Program-made: the position numbers and the translations under genes
Notes under the pieces: model-generated
What the model saw: the letters and a program-made list of their open reading frames with translations, nothing else
Database searches by the model: none
Told to the model about the DNA's origin: nothing
In this document: in pieces, positions 41,191 to 52,867 of the stretch
Layout: each line of letters opens with the position of its first letter
How positions within the stretch are numbered: position 1 is the stretch's first letter
NCBI GenBank assembly: GCA_951406725.2
Contig: OX597815.1
Location: 160,766,001 to 160,830,000 of the forward strand
Source of the DNA: Octopus vulgaris
Lineage: Eukaryota
Direction: 5' to 3'
DNA length: 64,000 nucleotides

Positions 41191-41426
41191 CGTGCCCACA
41201 GCATGGAGGCCAGTTGGTGCGGTACTGGCTACGGCCACGTTCGGATGGTTTTCTTGTGTGCCACCGGCACTGATACCACAAGGATACAAATTCCATTGAT
41301 GTTCATCTATTTTGATTTTGTTTGATTTTCACTTGCCTCAACAGGTCTTCACAAGTATCACAAGAAGGAAGGTATGCACAGGTGGACTGACTACGTCCCA
41401 GGTAGGGGCCACGGGTTATGGCCTGA

Positions 41427-42373
41427 CTAGTCTTGCTGGGTCTTCTCACGCACAGCATACTTCCATAGGTCTCGGTCTCTAGTCATTTCCTTGGTGAGAC
41501 CTAAACTTTGTAGGTCGTGCTTCACCACTTCGTCCCAGGTTTTGCTGGGTCTACCTCTTCCACAGGTTCCCTCAACTGCTAGGGTGTAGCACTTTTGCAC
41601 ACAACTATCTTCAGCCATTCTCGTCATATGACCATACCAGCGCAGCCGTCTCTCTTGCACACCACAATTGACGCTTCTTAGGTTCAACTTTTCTCTCAAG
41701 GTACTTACACTCTGACGATTATGAACACTGACATTACACATCCATCGGAGCATACTGGCTTCATTTCTTGCGAGCTTACGCATATCCTCAGCAGTCACGG
41801 CCCATGTTTCACTACCATGTAGCATGGCTGTACGTACACATGCATCATAAAGTCTGCCTTTTACTCTGAGCGAGAGGCCTTTTGTCACCAGCAGGGGTAA
41901 GAGCTCTCTAAACTTTGCCCAGGCTATTCTTACTCTAGCAGTTACACTTTCAGCACACCCACCCCCACTACTAACTTGGTCTCCTAGGTAGTGGAAGCTA
42001 TCAACTACTTCTAGTTTGTCTCCCTGGAACGTGGTAGAAGTTGGTCTCTGCACATTTCCAGTGTTTATTTCTCCTGAGCATCTGCCACATACGAAAACTA
42101 TCTTCCCAGTTAGCCTACCTTTGACATTGCTGCACCTCTTATGTGTCCATAGCTTACACTTGGTGCACCTTATAGAGTTTCTACCTACACCTTTTTTACA
42201 GATCGAGCAGGGCCATCTACCTGAAGTCGTTTGTGGTTGGTCCACCTTCCTACTTATTAGGACTTTGGTTTTGGCTAGGTTGACTCTAAGGCCCTTCGAT
42301 TCTAATCCTTGTTTCCACACCTGAAACTTCTCCTCCAGTTCTGATAGTTGAAACTTCTCCTCCAGTTCTGATA

Positions 42374-42374
<1 letters not shown>
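41427..42374 (-). CDS. C-terminal ~315 aa of the RTE LINE ORF (RT end, PHD finger, thumb); 5'-truncated with no genuine start
   Basis: Uninterrupted frame; the listed N-terminal MYIYIY... is (TA)n read-through. Confidence 0.85.
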
Positions 42375-42409
<35 letters not shown>

Positions 42410-42620
42410 GTGTGTGTGTGTCTCTATCTGAGTTTGTCCCCCCACCATTGATTGATAACCAATGTTGGTGTGTTTATGTCCCCATAACTTAGCAGTTCGA
42501 CAAAAATAACTGATAGAATAAGTTCTAGGCTTGCAAAGAATAAGTTCTGGGATCGGTTTCTTTGGCTAAAAGCAGTGCTCCAGCATGGCCACAATTAAGA
42601 GACTGAAACAAAGAAAAGAA
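42410..42620 (+). mobile_element. SINE family A, 3' half
   Basis: tttgtccccccacc...taacttagcagttcg...gtgctccagcatggccac...gactgaaaca. Confidence 0.8.
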
Positions 42621-44023
42621 CACAAGAAAGTAGAATGTGTGTGCGTGTGTGTGTGTCCCACCACTGCTTGACAACTGGTACTGTTGTGCTTATGTCCCTG
42701 TAACTTAGTGGTTTGGCAAAAAAGACTGATTGAATTAGTATTGGGCTTTCAAAAAATAAGTACTGGGGTTGATTCATTTGATTAAAAATTCTTCAAGGTA
42801 GTGTCCCAGCATGACCACAGTCTAATAACTTAAACAATTAAAATATAAAGAAGATGGATAAACAAGGTCGAAAACACCTTTAACTGTTAGTCTGCTAAAT
42901 CAGAGCTGATCTAAGACTAATCAACAATTATAAATGACTGTTATGAAATATGATATTCATTCATTTATGAGGTTTGAAATTTTAAAAAATACTTTCTTAA
43001 TTACATTTTATATTAATTAAATGTCAAAATAACTAACTACACCTGTTTGGGATTGTTTATTAAGACTATAAACTCTAGTTATTCACTATCAGATAACATG
43101 ATTTTAATCTTCCTTTTGTTTCCATTTGTTTCATATTATATAACTACAGGTTGATGATTTCATTTCTTGTTCAGAATCAGCCCCCTAAGGGCAGTAGTAA
43201 GCTTAGCTGAGAAGGTCTCCTGCTCTATTATTAAGAAAAGTCATTGTTGCTAGGAGCTTATTTCCTGCTTGGGTTACTGAGATATTAATTTACTTACTCT
43301 ACCATTATATATAGCGCATGAAATATAAAACTTAATTGAATTGGTAGTTAGGCACCTTATATCAGTTGCCTAGTTTTGACAGTAGCTGATATTGAGAGTA
43401 TCACTGCATGGTCTCTGGACATGCTATAAATAGCAGCCAAATCTCAATCAAATTACACCCTATTATATCATCATCATCATCATCAACATTTAACATCGAT
43501 TTTCCATGCTAGCATGGGTTGAATGGTTTTACAAAAACTGGCAAGGTCAGGATCCATACTGGGTTCCATTGTCCATTCTGGCATGGTTTATACAGCTGGA
43601 CGCTCTTCTTAATACCAAACACTCCATGGAGTGTATGGGGTACTTTTTACATGGCATCATCACCAGAGGTTTTTATGTGGCACTAACAAAATATGAAAAA
43701 ATAATAATGTAGTCCTTAATACAGTTGCATGTAAAGGTGTGAGGCCTTATGTTTAGGGTGTTGCACTCAGAATCAAGAGATTGTGGTTTCCATTCCTGAA
43801 CCTGGCATTATTAGTGCATTGTGTTCTTGAAGAAAACACTTCACCTCACATTTCACTGTGGCCACTTCAATGTTTGACATGTGACACATTGTGCACCTGT
43901 ACCAGCATAATGTACCTGTAGGGTGATCAAACATTTGATCACCATAAAGACATCATCTCTGCAGGTTATTTAGCCAAAAATTGTGAAACCCTCATCTGTC
44001 AGTTATGACAGTAGAGTCTACAG

Positions 44024-44545
44024 CAGGGGCTCTCAACCATTTTCTGTCTATGGATCCCTGTGATTACTATTTTATTCTGGGGAACCCTCCATAGCTCTTC
44101 AATGTCTAAAAACTAGTTTTATAGAAATTCATTTCAAAATTCCTATTTTGCTTTCCCCACATTAACTTGTGTAGGTTGAACTGTGTAAAATGCTAGAGAA
44201 AGAAATTTAGCTATGTAAAGAATGTAAAGAGCTGGAAGAAATGCAGCTAACCATTTTGTCCAAGGTGCAAACAATTCTGCCAGTTCACTACCCTTATAGG
44301 AATATAATGAATTTTTATGATTATACTGATGAAGCTAAGCCTGGCTATACATTGTCCAACTATATTGAATGTCATTAGAAATCATTCATCATTTATATCC
44401 ATCTGTGTATCACACATAATGTAAAATTTTTCAGGGACCCTTAAAATATTATTGTGAACCCCTAATTTGCTATTTTGTTGTGTGGACTCCCAAAAATCTT
44501 ATAGGGAGTCCCAGGGGCCATATGGATCCCAGTTTAGAGCCACTG
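44024..44545. mobile_element. hAT-type MITE
   Basis: caggggctctcaac ... gtttagagccactg with 8-bp TSD gtctacag/gtctatag. Confidence 0.7.
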
Positions 44546-47111
44546 GTCTATAGTAATAAGAGTGCATATATGGTTGTACAGTTAACAAGCTTACATTTCA
44601 ACTGTGGTACTAGGTTTAGTACCACTGTGTGGTACTTTGTATAAGTGGCTTCTACCATTGTCTCAGGGTAACCAATACTTTGTGACAGTAGACAGGAACT
44701 GTAGAAACCAGTTATGTGTGTGTGTGTGTGTGAGTCTTTATATTCTCTGGTGTAAACTGGTGTGTCAAGTTGCCCTCTTGTCATGTCTGATAAAAATATA
44801 ACTCTCCGTTTCTATAAACAGAGATTGAGGAAATATACACCAGATTGAAATAAGCTCTAGGTGGGTTGGAGGTGGTAGTCTGATCGACTAAACCACTTGG
44901 ACATAGTGCCCTTGCACATCCATAGACCGACCAATGAACGAAACTAATAAAGCTACTGTTACAGAATAAACTATGTATGAAAAGAAAAGAAAAGAAAAAG
45001 ACCAGATAGTCAGATCTTTGATCATAGGTCTATTCAATCAAGGCTGATTTTGAGTGAAACAACAACAACAACAACTACTTCTACTTCAGAATTAGAACTG
45101 TAGATCACAAGGAATGCACTAGACTGGAAACCTTAGTATATTAACTTTCAGTCATTTCAGAGAAAATGTATCTGAAAAACTAATAATGATAATGCTAGAT
45201 GAAAAAATTGCTATGGAAACAATGCCTTTCATTTGCTTGTTAATAGGGCCATGCTGTTTGGCTTCAAGAAAGAGAATTTGAAAGATTCAATGAGATTAAT
45301 ATGCACAATGTTTCACTTTAAGTATTGATGTGTGTGTGTGTGATTTGTAATCACTAGATCAAGAAGAAGGGGTCTCAGAGCTCATGACCCATTACAAGGT
45401 TTTTTTGAGACAGATACCAGTGTCATGTAAAAAGTACACATGTGATGCCATGTAAAAGCACCCTACACACTCTCTCCTGTAAAGTGGTTGGCATTAGGAA
45501 GGGCATCCAGCCATAGAAACCATGCCAAATCAGACTGGAGCCAGGGGCAGCTGGAGAGCTCTGGTCAAACTGTCCAACCTATGACAGCATGGACAATGGA
45601 TGTTAAATGATGATGATGATGTGGTAAGAGTGGTGAACTCAAGACCTCAATTAAATGCTTGCAACAGAGTTGGCTCTGTAAAGGCCACCCAAGAAACTGG
45701 TGACAGTGATAAACAGGATGATGGATAAAATATACCACCCAAGTAGGCCACTGTGGTATTTGAACTCAAAGTACAAGGAACCAGAGCAAATTTCCCAAAG
45801 CATTTCAACCAATGTTCTAATGATTCTGCCAGTCTATTGTCCTGCATTGTTACTTTATCTATTGACAATAGAAAGAAGGAAAGCAAAAATGACCTCATTG
45901 AGATTTGAACTCAGAAAGCCAGAAGAAGTTATCTTTTGATTTTCTATTTCATCTGTTTCAGTCATTAGACTGTGGTCATACTGGAACACTACTTAGAAGA
46001 ATTTTTTAGTCAAATGAATCAACACCAGTACGTTTTTGGGTTTTTTTTGTTTTGTTTCTTTAGTTTTGTTTCTTTAGCCTGGTACTTAGCCTATTGGTCT
46101 TTTATTTGCCGAACTGTTAAGTTATAGGGACATAAACAAACCAACACCAGTTGTCAGGCAGTAATGAGGCAGACACACACACACATGCACGCACGCATGC
46201 ACACACGCACGCACGCACACACACACATATATATACATGCTGGGCATTTTTAAGTTTCCATTTACCAAATCCACAGGATGTGATATCATGTAATTTAACT
46301 GCTATTTTTTTTTTGTTTCCAGCTTTATTATAATTCTGTTTTGAAAATTCAGTCAGCTGTACTTAGTGGAAAGATTCCAAATATATGTTTCTAATGAATA
46401 TTCAACTTACCTCACAAGAGATAAACAAAATGGCAACAACAAAATGAGATTCTAAATTTATAAAATAGTTTCGTCTCGCATAAAGCAATTATAAAATAAC
46501 AATGTCTGTCTTTCTCTCTTTGGTTTGTCAGAATCCTTGTTTATCAGGTTATAATCCTATTTGTCTCTTGAAAATATTTTTTATATTTTTTCACTTTCAT
46601 TTCCAATTTTGTTCAATAAATTTATATATATATATATATTATCATCATCATCATTTAACATCTGCTTTCCATCCTGGCATGGGTCCGATGGTTAGACTGA
46701 AAACTGGCAAACCAGGGAGCTGAACCAGGTACCGATCTGATTTAGCAAGGTTTCTATGGTTGGGTGCCCTTCTTAATGCCAACTACTCTGAGAGTGTAGT
46801 GGGTGATTTTTTTTTATGTGCCACTGACATGGGTGCCACTGACCTGACACCAGCATAAGCCACGAGTATGGTCTCAGTTGGCTTGACAGATTTACACAAA
46901 CATAGTATATCATCAAAGGTCTTGGTCACCTGTCACTACCTACGTGAGGCCCAACACTCAAACGGTGCTTTTTGCATGCCACTAGCATGTGTGCCAATCA
47001 GACAGCACTGGCATTGGCCATGACTATGATTTCACTCAGCTCAACAGGTCTTCACAAGCACAGGATATTGCCCAACACTTGAAGAGTGGTTTTAATGAGA
47101 CAGTTACATGG

Positions 47112-47178
<67 letters not shown>

Positions 47179-47278
47179 TAATCCAAACATGAAAACACAA
47201 AGAGAAAACACAACAATGCGAGGACGTGGAACAAGTATAGTGTTATTGGACGCTCAGGAAAGGAAGGAAAGAAGGAGG

Positions 47279-47313
47279 ATTCAACGTCTCGAGCGGAGCT
47301 CGTCGTCAGAAAC
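47279..47313 (-). ncRNA. Minimal hammerhead motif (GAGA in place of GAAA) in insert 47174-47382 next to (TA)n
   Basis: Minus strand: gttt-CTGACGA-c-gagc(tcc)gctc-GAGA-cg-TT^gaat. Confidence 0.55.
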
Positions 47314-47908
47314 ACAGGAAAAGAAAAGATCTAAGAAAGGGAAGACGGAGGAAAAAAAATCACCAACGATACACACGCGGTCTACAAAGAATGCACAGAC
47401 TGGTACATCTTCAAATTTTTCCTTTAGTTTTAACAAATAATTGTACAGCATAATTGGTATATAATATAATAAAGAACTAAGCTAGCCATGCATAAATAAA
47501 TTCAGTTTGCTTCGGATCATACCTGTGGAAAGACCCTGAATGAAGATGCATAGCAGAATATTGCAGATTGCATATGCAGCCTGCAATTCTCTATGGCCAT
47601 CTTAACTAATTATGCTGTATATTTAATTATTGCAATTAACTGTTATAATTAAAGGGAAAATTTGATGACTTATCCATCTCCATATTCTTTGTAATTGTTT
47701 GGGACTTTTACACCTGAAAATATTCATAATCCAGTGATTTACCCACTCGGATTTACCCATCAGAAGAACTACCATAGGATTGCTCACATTAAGCGATCCT
47801 TGGTGTTTCTGACTACCTGATGTGATTAGCTGGAACCTGGACTATACCTGGGATCTCTTACAGTACCTGCCTGGATAATTTATCCCTATATACTCATCAT
47901 GTGTGTAC

Positions 47909-47949
<41 letters not shown>

Positions 47950-48236
47950 CATATGTGAGAGAAAGAGAGAGAGAGTGAAAGAGGCAGTGAGTGGTGACGG
48001 CATTCGTTTTATGTTTTTAAATGTTTATCACATCACAAGAGTAGTAGATACATAGATACATACACAGCAAATATTGGATGTCAATTTCACTTTTCCTTAC
48101 TACACGAGGATAAAATTAACTCATAAATGGCTGAGTACTCCACAGACATGCATGACATTACCGTAGTTCTCAGGGAGATTCAGCCTCACACAGAATATGA
48201 TAAGGCTGGCCTCTTTCAATTACAGCTGCAACTCAA

Positions 48237-48276
<40 letters not shown>

Positions 48277-49537
48277 TGTATTTGTGTGTGTGCCTAGTTT
48301 AGGTTAGTTAAAACATGTTTGCAATAATAAGTGTCGTATGGTGGAAATAAACGCAATTACCAAACTTTCATTTATAAATCCATTTATTATTTCATTCTTT
48401 TGAATTTCAATTTGTACATTAATGTTCTTTGAATACGTACAATGTATTTTAAGGATAAATAGTAATTCCCTTTACGTTTGTGTAACAGGTATTTTGGTTG
48501 GATTATATAGTCATTGGTGTTACATTACTTTCTATATTCTGTAACTGTCATAATATACTTTTCCAGACCTGAATTTTTTGTGGGGTGGGGGCCAGTTGAT
48601 TAGATCGACCCCAGTACACAACTGATACTTAATTTATCGACTGTGAAAGCACAAAAGGCAAAGTCAATCTCAACAGAATTTGAACTCAAAACATAAAGAC
48701 AGACAGTCATAATATACAAACATTTCACATGGCACCAGTACTCTATTTACAGATGCATACATTTTTTAATGCTTTCCGTGAAATTTTCACAGGTCGAGCT
48801 AGTGTTTTATAATAATACAACTTTATGATTTCTAACATTAAAATATATTAACGTACATAAACAAAAAAATGTAACTGAAATAAATAACAAAAAAAATATG
48901 GACTTGTTATTCTTTAACCCCAGGTTAACTCAAATTGAACAAATCTATGACCAAAAGTGTTCCAATCATGACATCATTTTTTGTTTTTTAAAATATAGTT
49001 TATCTGAGACTCTACTGTCTAATATATGCTTCAATTTTCAATCTGGTAAAGTGTGAGTAGAGCTATGCAGTATCTATGGCTTTGACTGGTCTTGTCAAAC
49101 CATCCAACCTATGACAGTATTGTGGGAGGAAACTATGTTCAGTGAAGTATGCAATGCATGAGGTTGAGAGTAAATATTTTTTGTTATTTGAGTGATTTGC
49201 TCTATGGATTAGTGATCCGTTTCAATCATTTTTTGCTTTTGTTCAATTGAAATGGACTTCTGAACTTTAGAATGAAACTTTCAAATAAAATAATAATAGC
49301 AATGATAATAAAACATATATACACCCCTCACAAGCATATGTGTGTAATATGTAATGTATGTATATATACATAATGTGTGTGTATATATATATATATATAT
49401 ATCAATATATATAACATAATTGTTTATTCCTTTGACATTCTAATTTTTTATCACTGTTCTGTTTTCAACTGATGCTTCATTCTGAATCATATGTATATTG
49501 AGTTCTAACACCAGGTTATTACTATCACTATGCCTAA

Positions 49538-49584
<47 letters not shown>

Positions 49585-50292
49585 AAATACATATATATGA
49601 GGCTACATTTGCGGAACCTGCTAGAGGGAGTGTTTATCCAGGATAGGACTACACAGCCACAGCAGGAGATGTATTAGGATATGAAATGTAAAAGCCTGGC
49701 TAGATTATTTTATGCTCAACTCCATTGTCTCCCAAGACAAAAAGGATGCCAACAACAAATATGGGGTTGGTGCCATACATAAGCATTCAGTTTACCATTA
49801 TAAGTGGTTAGCATTTGGAATGGCATCCAGCTGTAAAGACCATGCCATAACTGACCTCACTTGTGCTCGTGCCACATGAAAAACACTCAGTGCACTCTGC
49901 AGGGTGTTTGGTGTTAGGAGGGGTATCCAGCCATAAAATATGTTGCCTGGCCAACTCCTGTCAAACTGTCCATTCTAGCATGGGAAGCAAATATTAAATG
50001 ATGATGATGATGATTACAACAATCTGATGAATGGTCAATGTTTGTGAATTTTTTCCGTCTTTAATAAAACAGTATTTTAGTATTTTTCTCTGTCTTAGGT
50101 ATTTGAATACTATTTTTTCCACTTTGCTTTGCATCTCAATGCTTACTTATGTGTGGATGTGTACATATGTGTTTTTGTGTACGTTAAATGCACGAAATTG
50201 TAATGATCTTTTGGATGTTGACTGATGAGGAATAAGTTACAAATTTTTTTGTTATGTCTTTTATAAAATTTTCTGTTTGTTGTGTTTTGTAA

Positions 50293-50329
<37 letters not shown>

Positions 50330-50349
50330 CACACATATATGTATGTACA

Positions 50350-50406
<57 letters not shown>

Positions 50407-50427
50407 GTATATATATGTATATATATA

Positions 50428-50745
50428 TGGTGGTTGTCTACTCCTTATGCAGAGTTTGACCACCTCCTGTACCTATACCTTAGAACCATCATGGCATCTG
50501 ATGTGGCTTTTTAAACCAGACAAATATTCTAAAAAGACACCCATACAGATTGCATATCTGATTTGAACCACCAAGAGCTGCTGATAATTTCTGATCTTTA
50601 TGGATCTTAAAATGTCTTTTGAGGCCTTCGCTAGATTTGCAAACCTTCTGGCATACACTGCATTCAATGGTATGCATAGACATATAGGGAACTTTAATAT
50701 GCTGACAATTGTGATCTTATCAGTCATTCTGAAATAGGTCTGCAA
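50428..50745 (-). pseudogene. LINE 3' end with C2H2 zinc fingers (RTE/BovB-like)
   Basis: ECSVCQKVCKSSEGLKRHFKIH and a frameshifted ...YLSGLKSHIRCH; ends at a TA tract. Confidence 0.65.
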
Positions 50746-50908
50746 TCTCTTGAGGATGGTAGAAAAAATCAAACACCTTCTGGTTATAGAAGAGATGGCA
50801 TTTGAACCAACTCTAAATGACATTTACTTAGCTGTTAATAAGCTGAATAACAATAAGTCTCCAGAGTCTGATGGAATCTGTGCAGAAGTCTTGAAATATG
50901 GGGGTGAC
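50746..50908 (+). pseudogene. LINE RT domain-0 fragment in the opposite orientation
   Basis: EPTLNDIYLAVNKLNNNKSPESDGICAEVLKYGG matches the K-(A/S)-P-G-x-D-G-x-x-A-E motif. Confidence 0.75.
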
Positions 50909-50939
50909 AATATATATACATATATGTATAACATATTTA

Positions 50940-51157
50940 ATAATTATATACATAATTATAACAAGGGATTGGTTTTATGCCTCATGAAGCACTGTAGAAA
51001 TAAAGGCCAAATGCTCTATTACCACCTTAAACTCTCCAAGATTTTAAGGTGGTAATAGGGCATTTGGCGTCTATTTGGCATTTGGCGTCTATTTGGCATT
51101 TGGCGTGCATGGCGAGGTGTAAAGCCAATCCCTTGTAATAATTATGTATATAATTAT
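50940..51157. repeat. Nested fold-back (palindromic) element
   Basis: Outer arms 50940-50984 / 51113-51157; inner arms 51006-51031 / 51043-51068; an 18-bp repeat catttggcgtctatttgg lies between the right arms. Confidence 0.85.
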
Positions 51158-51326
51158 AAAATATTTCATAAAACCTACCTATGAGGTTTTTATTTCTGCA
51201 CTGACCACCCGGTAAAATTATTAATGATTATTACCCTTTATTATAATATGTGTGCATGTGTGTGTGTACACATATATGTATATGTACATACATATGTATA
51301 TACGTGCATACACACAAACACAGATG

Positions 51327-51359
<33 letters not shown>

Positions 51360-51524
51360 GTTGTATACTGTCAATCTAACACGAACGTGACAGTAGGGGG
51401 GTACACCACCGCTGTTTAGCCCTAGGAAGCATCGATGCCTCCTGATGGCTTTGACACATTTTTCCTGTGTCCTTATATACATTTACGAAGGGGAGACAAA
51501 TACCCCCAGCTGCCTGGGCTGCAT

Positions 51525-51567
51525 CTAGGGACATGTGTTTCAGGATGATTGTCCTTCGTCGGCCTAG
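51525..51567 (-). ncRNA. Type I hammerhead, copy 1
   Basis: ctagg-CCGACGA-agga(caatca)tcct-GAAA-c(acat)g-TC^cctag. Confidence 0.7.
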
Positions 51568-51740
51568 TGTAGCAGACACCGGTCAGCTGACGATACCTGT
51601 CTTGACTCGTAATGTATATATCTAAATTTCAGTGAAATCTATTCACTGATTATCAAAATCAGAAATACTAAATTTCTAAATTTAGATATATACATTACGA
51701 GTCGAGACAGGTATCATCAGCTGACCGGTGTCTGCTACTT

Positions 51741-51781
51741 TAGGCCGACGAAGGACAATCATCCTGAAACACGTGTCCCTA
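51741..51781 (+). ncRNA. Type I hammerhead, copy 2
   Basis: tagg-CCGACGA-agga(caatca)tcct-GAAA-c(acgt)g-TC^ccta; predicted cut after 51777. Confidence 0.75.
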
Positions 51782-52098
51782 CATGCAGCCCGGGTGGCTG
51801 GGGGTATTTGTCTCCCCTTCGTAAATGTATATAAGGACACAGGAAAAATGTGTCAAAGCCATCAGGAGGCGTTGATGCTTCCTAGGGCTAAACAGCGGTT
51901 GTGTACCCCCTACTGTCACGTTCGTGTTAGATTGACAGTATACAACCATTCTATCGCCCCACCGCCGTACATGTCTCTACGAGAGATTTAGAAATTTAGT
52001 ACTTCTGATTTTGATAATCAGTGAATAGACTTCACTGAAATTTAGATATATACATTACGAGTTGAGACAGGTATCGTCAGCTGACCAGTGTCTGCTAC

Positions 52099-52143
52099 TC
52101 TAGGCCGATGAAGGACAATCATCCTGAAACACGTGTCCCTAGA
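52099..52143 (+). ncRNA. Type I hammerhead, copy 3
   Basis: tctagg-CCGATGA-agga(caatca)tcct-GAAA-c(acgt)g-TC^cctaga; stem I extends via ctgc/gcag past an internal loop; predicted cut after 52137. Confidence 0.8.
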
Positions 52144-52867
52144 TGCAGCCCAGATGGCTGGGGGTATTTGTCTCCCCTTCGTAAATGTATATAAGGACAC
52201 AGGAAAAATGTGTCAAAGCCATCAGGAGGTGTTGATGCTTCCTAGGGCTATACAGTGGTGGTGTACTCCCCTACTGTCACGTTCGTGTTAGATTGACAGT
52301 ATACAACCATTCTATCGCCCCACCATCGTACATGTCTCTATGAGAGATTTAGAAATTTAGTATTTCTGATATATATATATATATATATGACAACCTTCCA
52401 CACCATTTCAAAAGATAGAGGCCAATCCAAGTCTACAGTAAAAATCACCTACCTAAGTTACCATAGTGTGGGGAAAAAAAGGAATTTAAAGGATCAAACC
52501 CAAAACCATTTGATTACAAAGGGACTCTTTTAGCCACACAGATATACCTGTATCTGATATAGTTGTTTTAGTTAAATTAGTTCCTAACTCAAACGAATCC
52601 GGAACAATATTGGACACATCAGAAGGAAATTTGCTGAAAAGTACCTATGACATTGTTCACTCTCAGCTGATTTTTTTTCTAAGTCCTTTGATGTTATTAT
52701 ATAATGCTTTTATTGAAGTGCAATGTGAAATTTATGTTGGTAATAAAACAGACCAAACTGCTCTTTATTGTGCATCTTATTTGTGTTTTCTCAGCAACCT
52801 TTGATTTCTTTTTAGTTATATTTATAAGCAAAAATATTCTTTCTTGGTTGTACATGCATCTGAAATT

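Larger units (their letters stand above)
40314..42375 (-). mobile_element. 5'-truncated RTE-clade LINE: ORF C-terminus, ~1.1-kb 3' UTR and (GAT)n tail
   Basis: ORF motifs GLRVNLAKTKV, FHYLG, MLHGSETW, RLRWYGH, GRGRPSKTW; tail read as (CAT)n at 40315-40337. Confidence 0.95.
51354..52370. mobile_element. Retrozyme/Penelope-pLTR-like element: 360-bp unit, one inverted plus two tandem copies, inside (TA)n
   Basis: Minus copy 51354-51681; plus copies 51678-52037 and 52038-52370; about 95% identical; one hammerhead per copy; TA tracts on both flanks. Confidence 0.85.

Noticed and set aside
44325-44360. CTGATGA-agc...gct hammerhead candidate (also 12255 and 50222)
   Set aside because: There is no GAAA box in the correct position.
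50489-50683. Host C2H2 zinc-finger gene
   Set aside because: It is frameshifted, adjacent to an RT fragment and ends in a TA tract, so a LINE C-terminus explains it better.
51587-51640. Second, antisense hammerhead in the 360-bp unit (CTGACGA...GAAA)
   Set aside because: No stem II closes between the boxes and no stem I partner was found.
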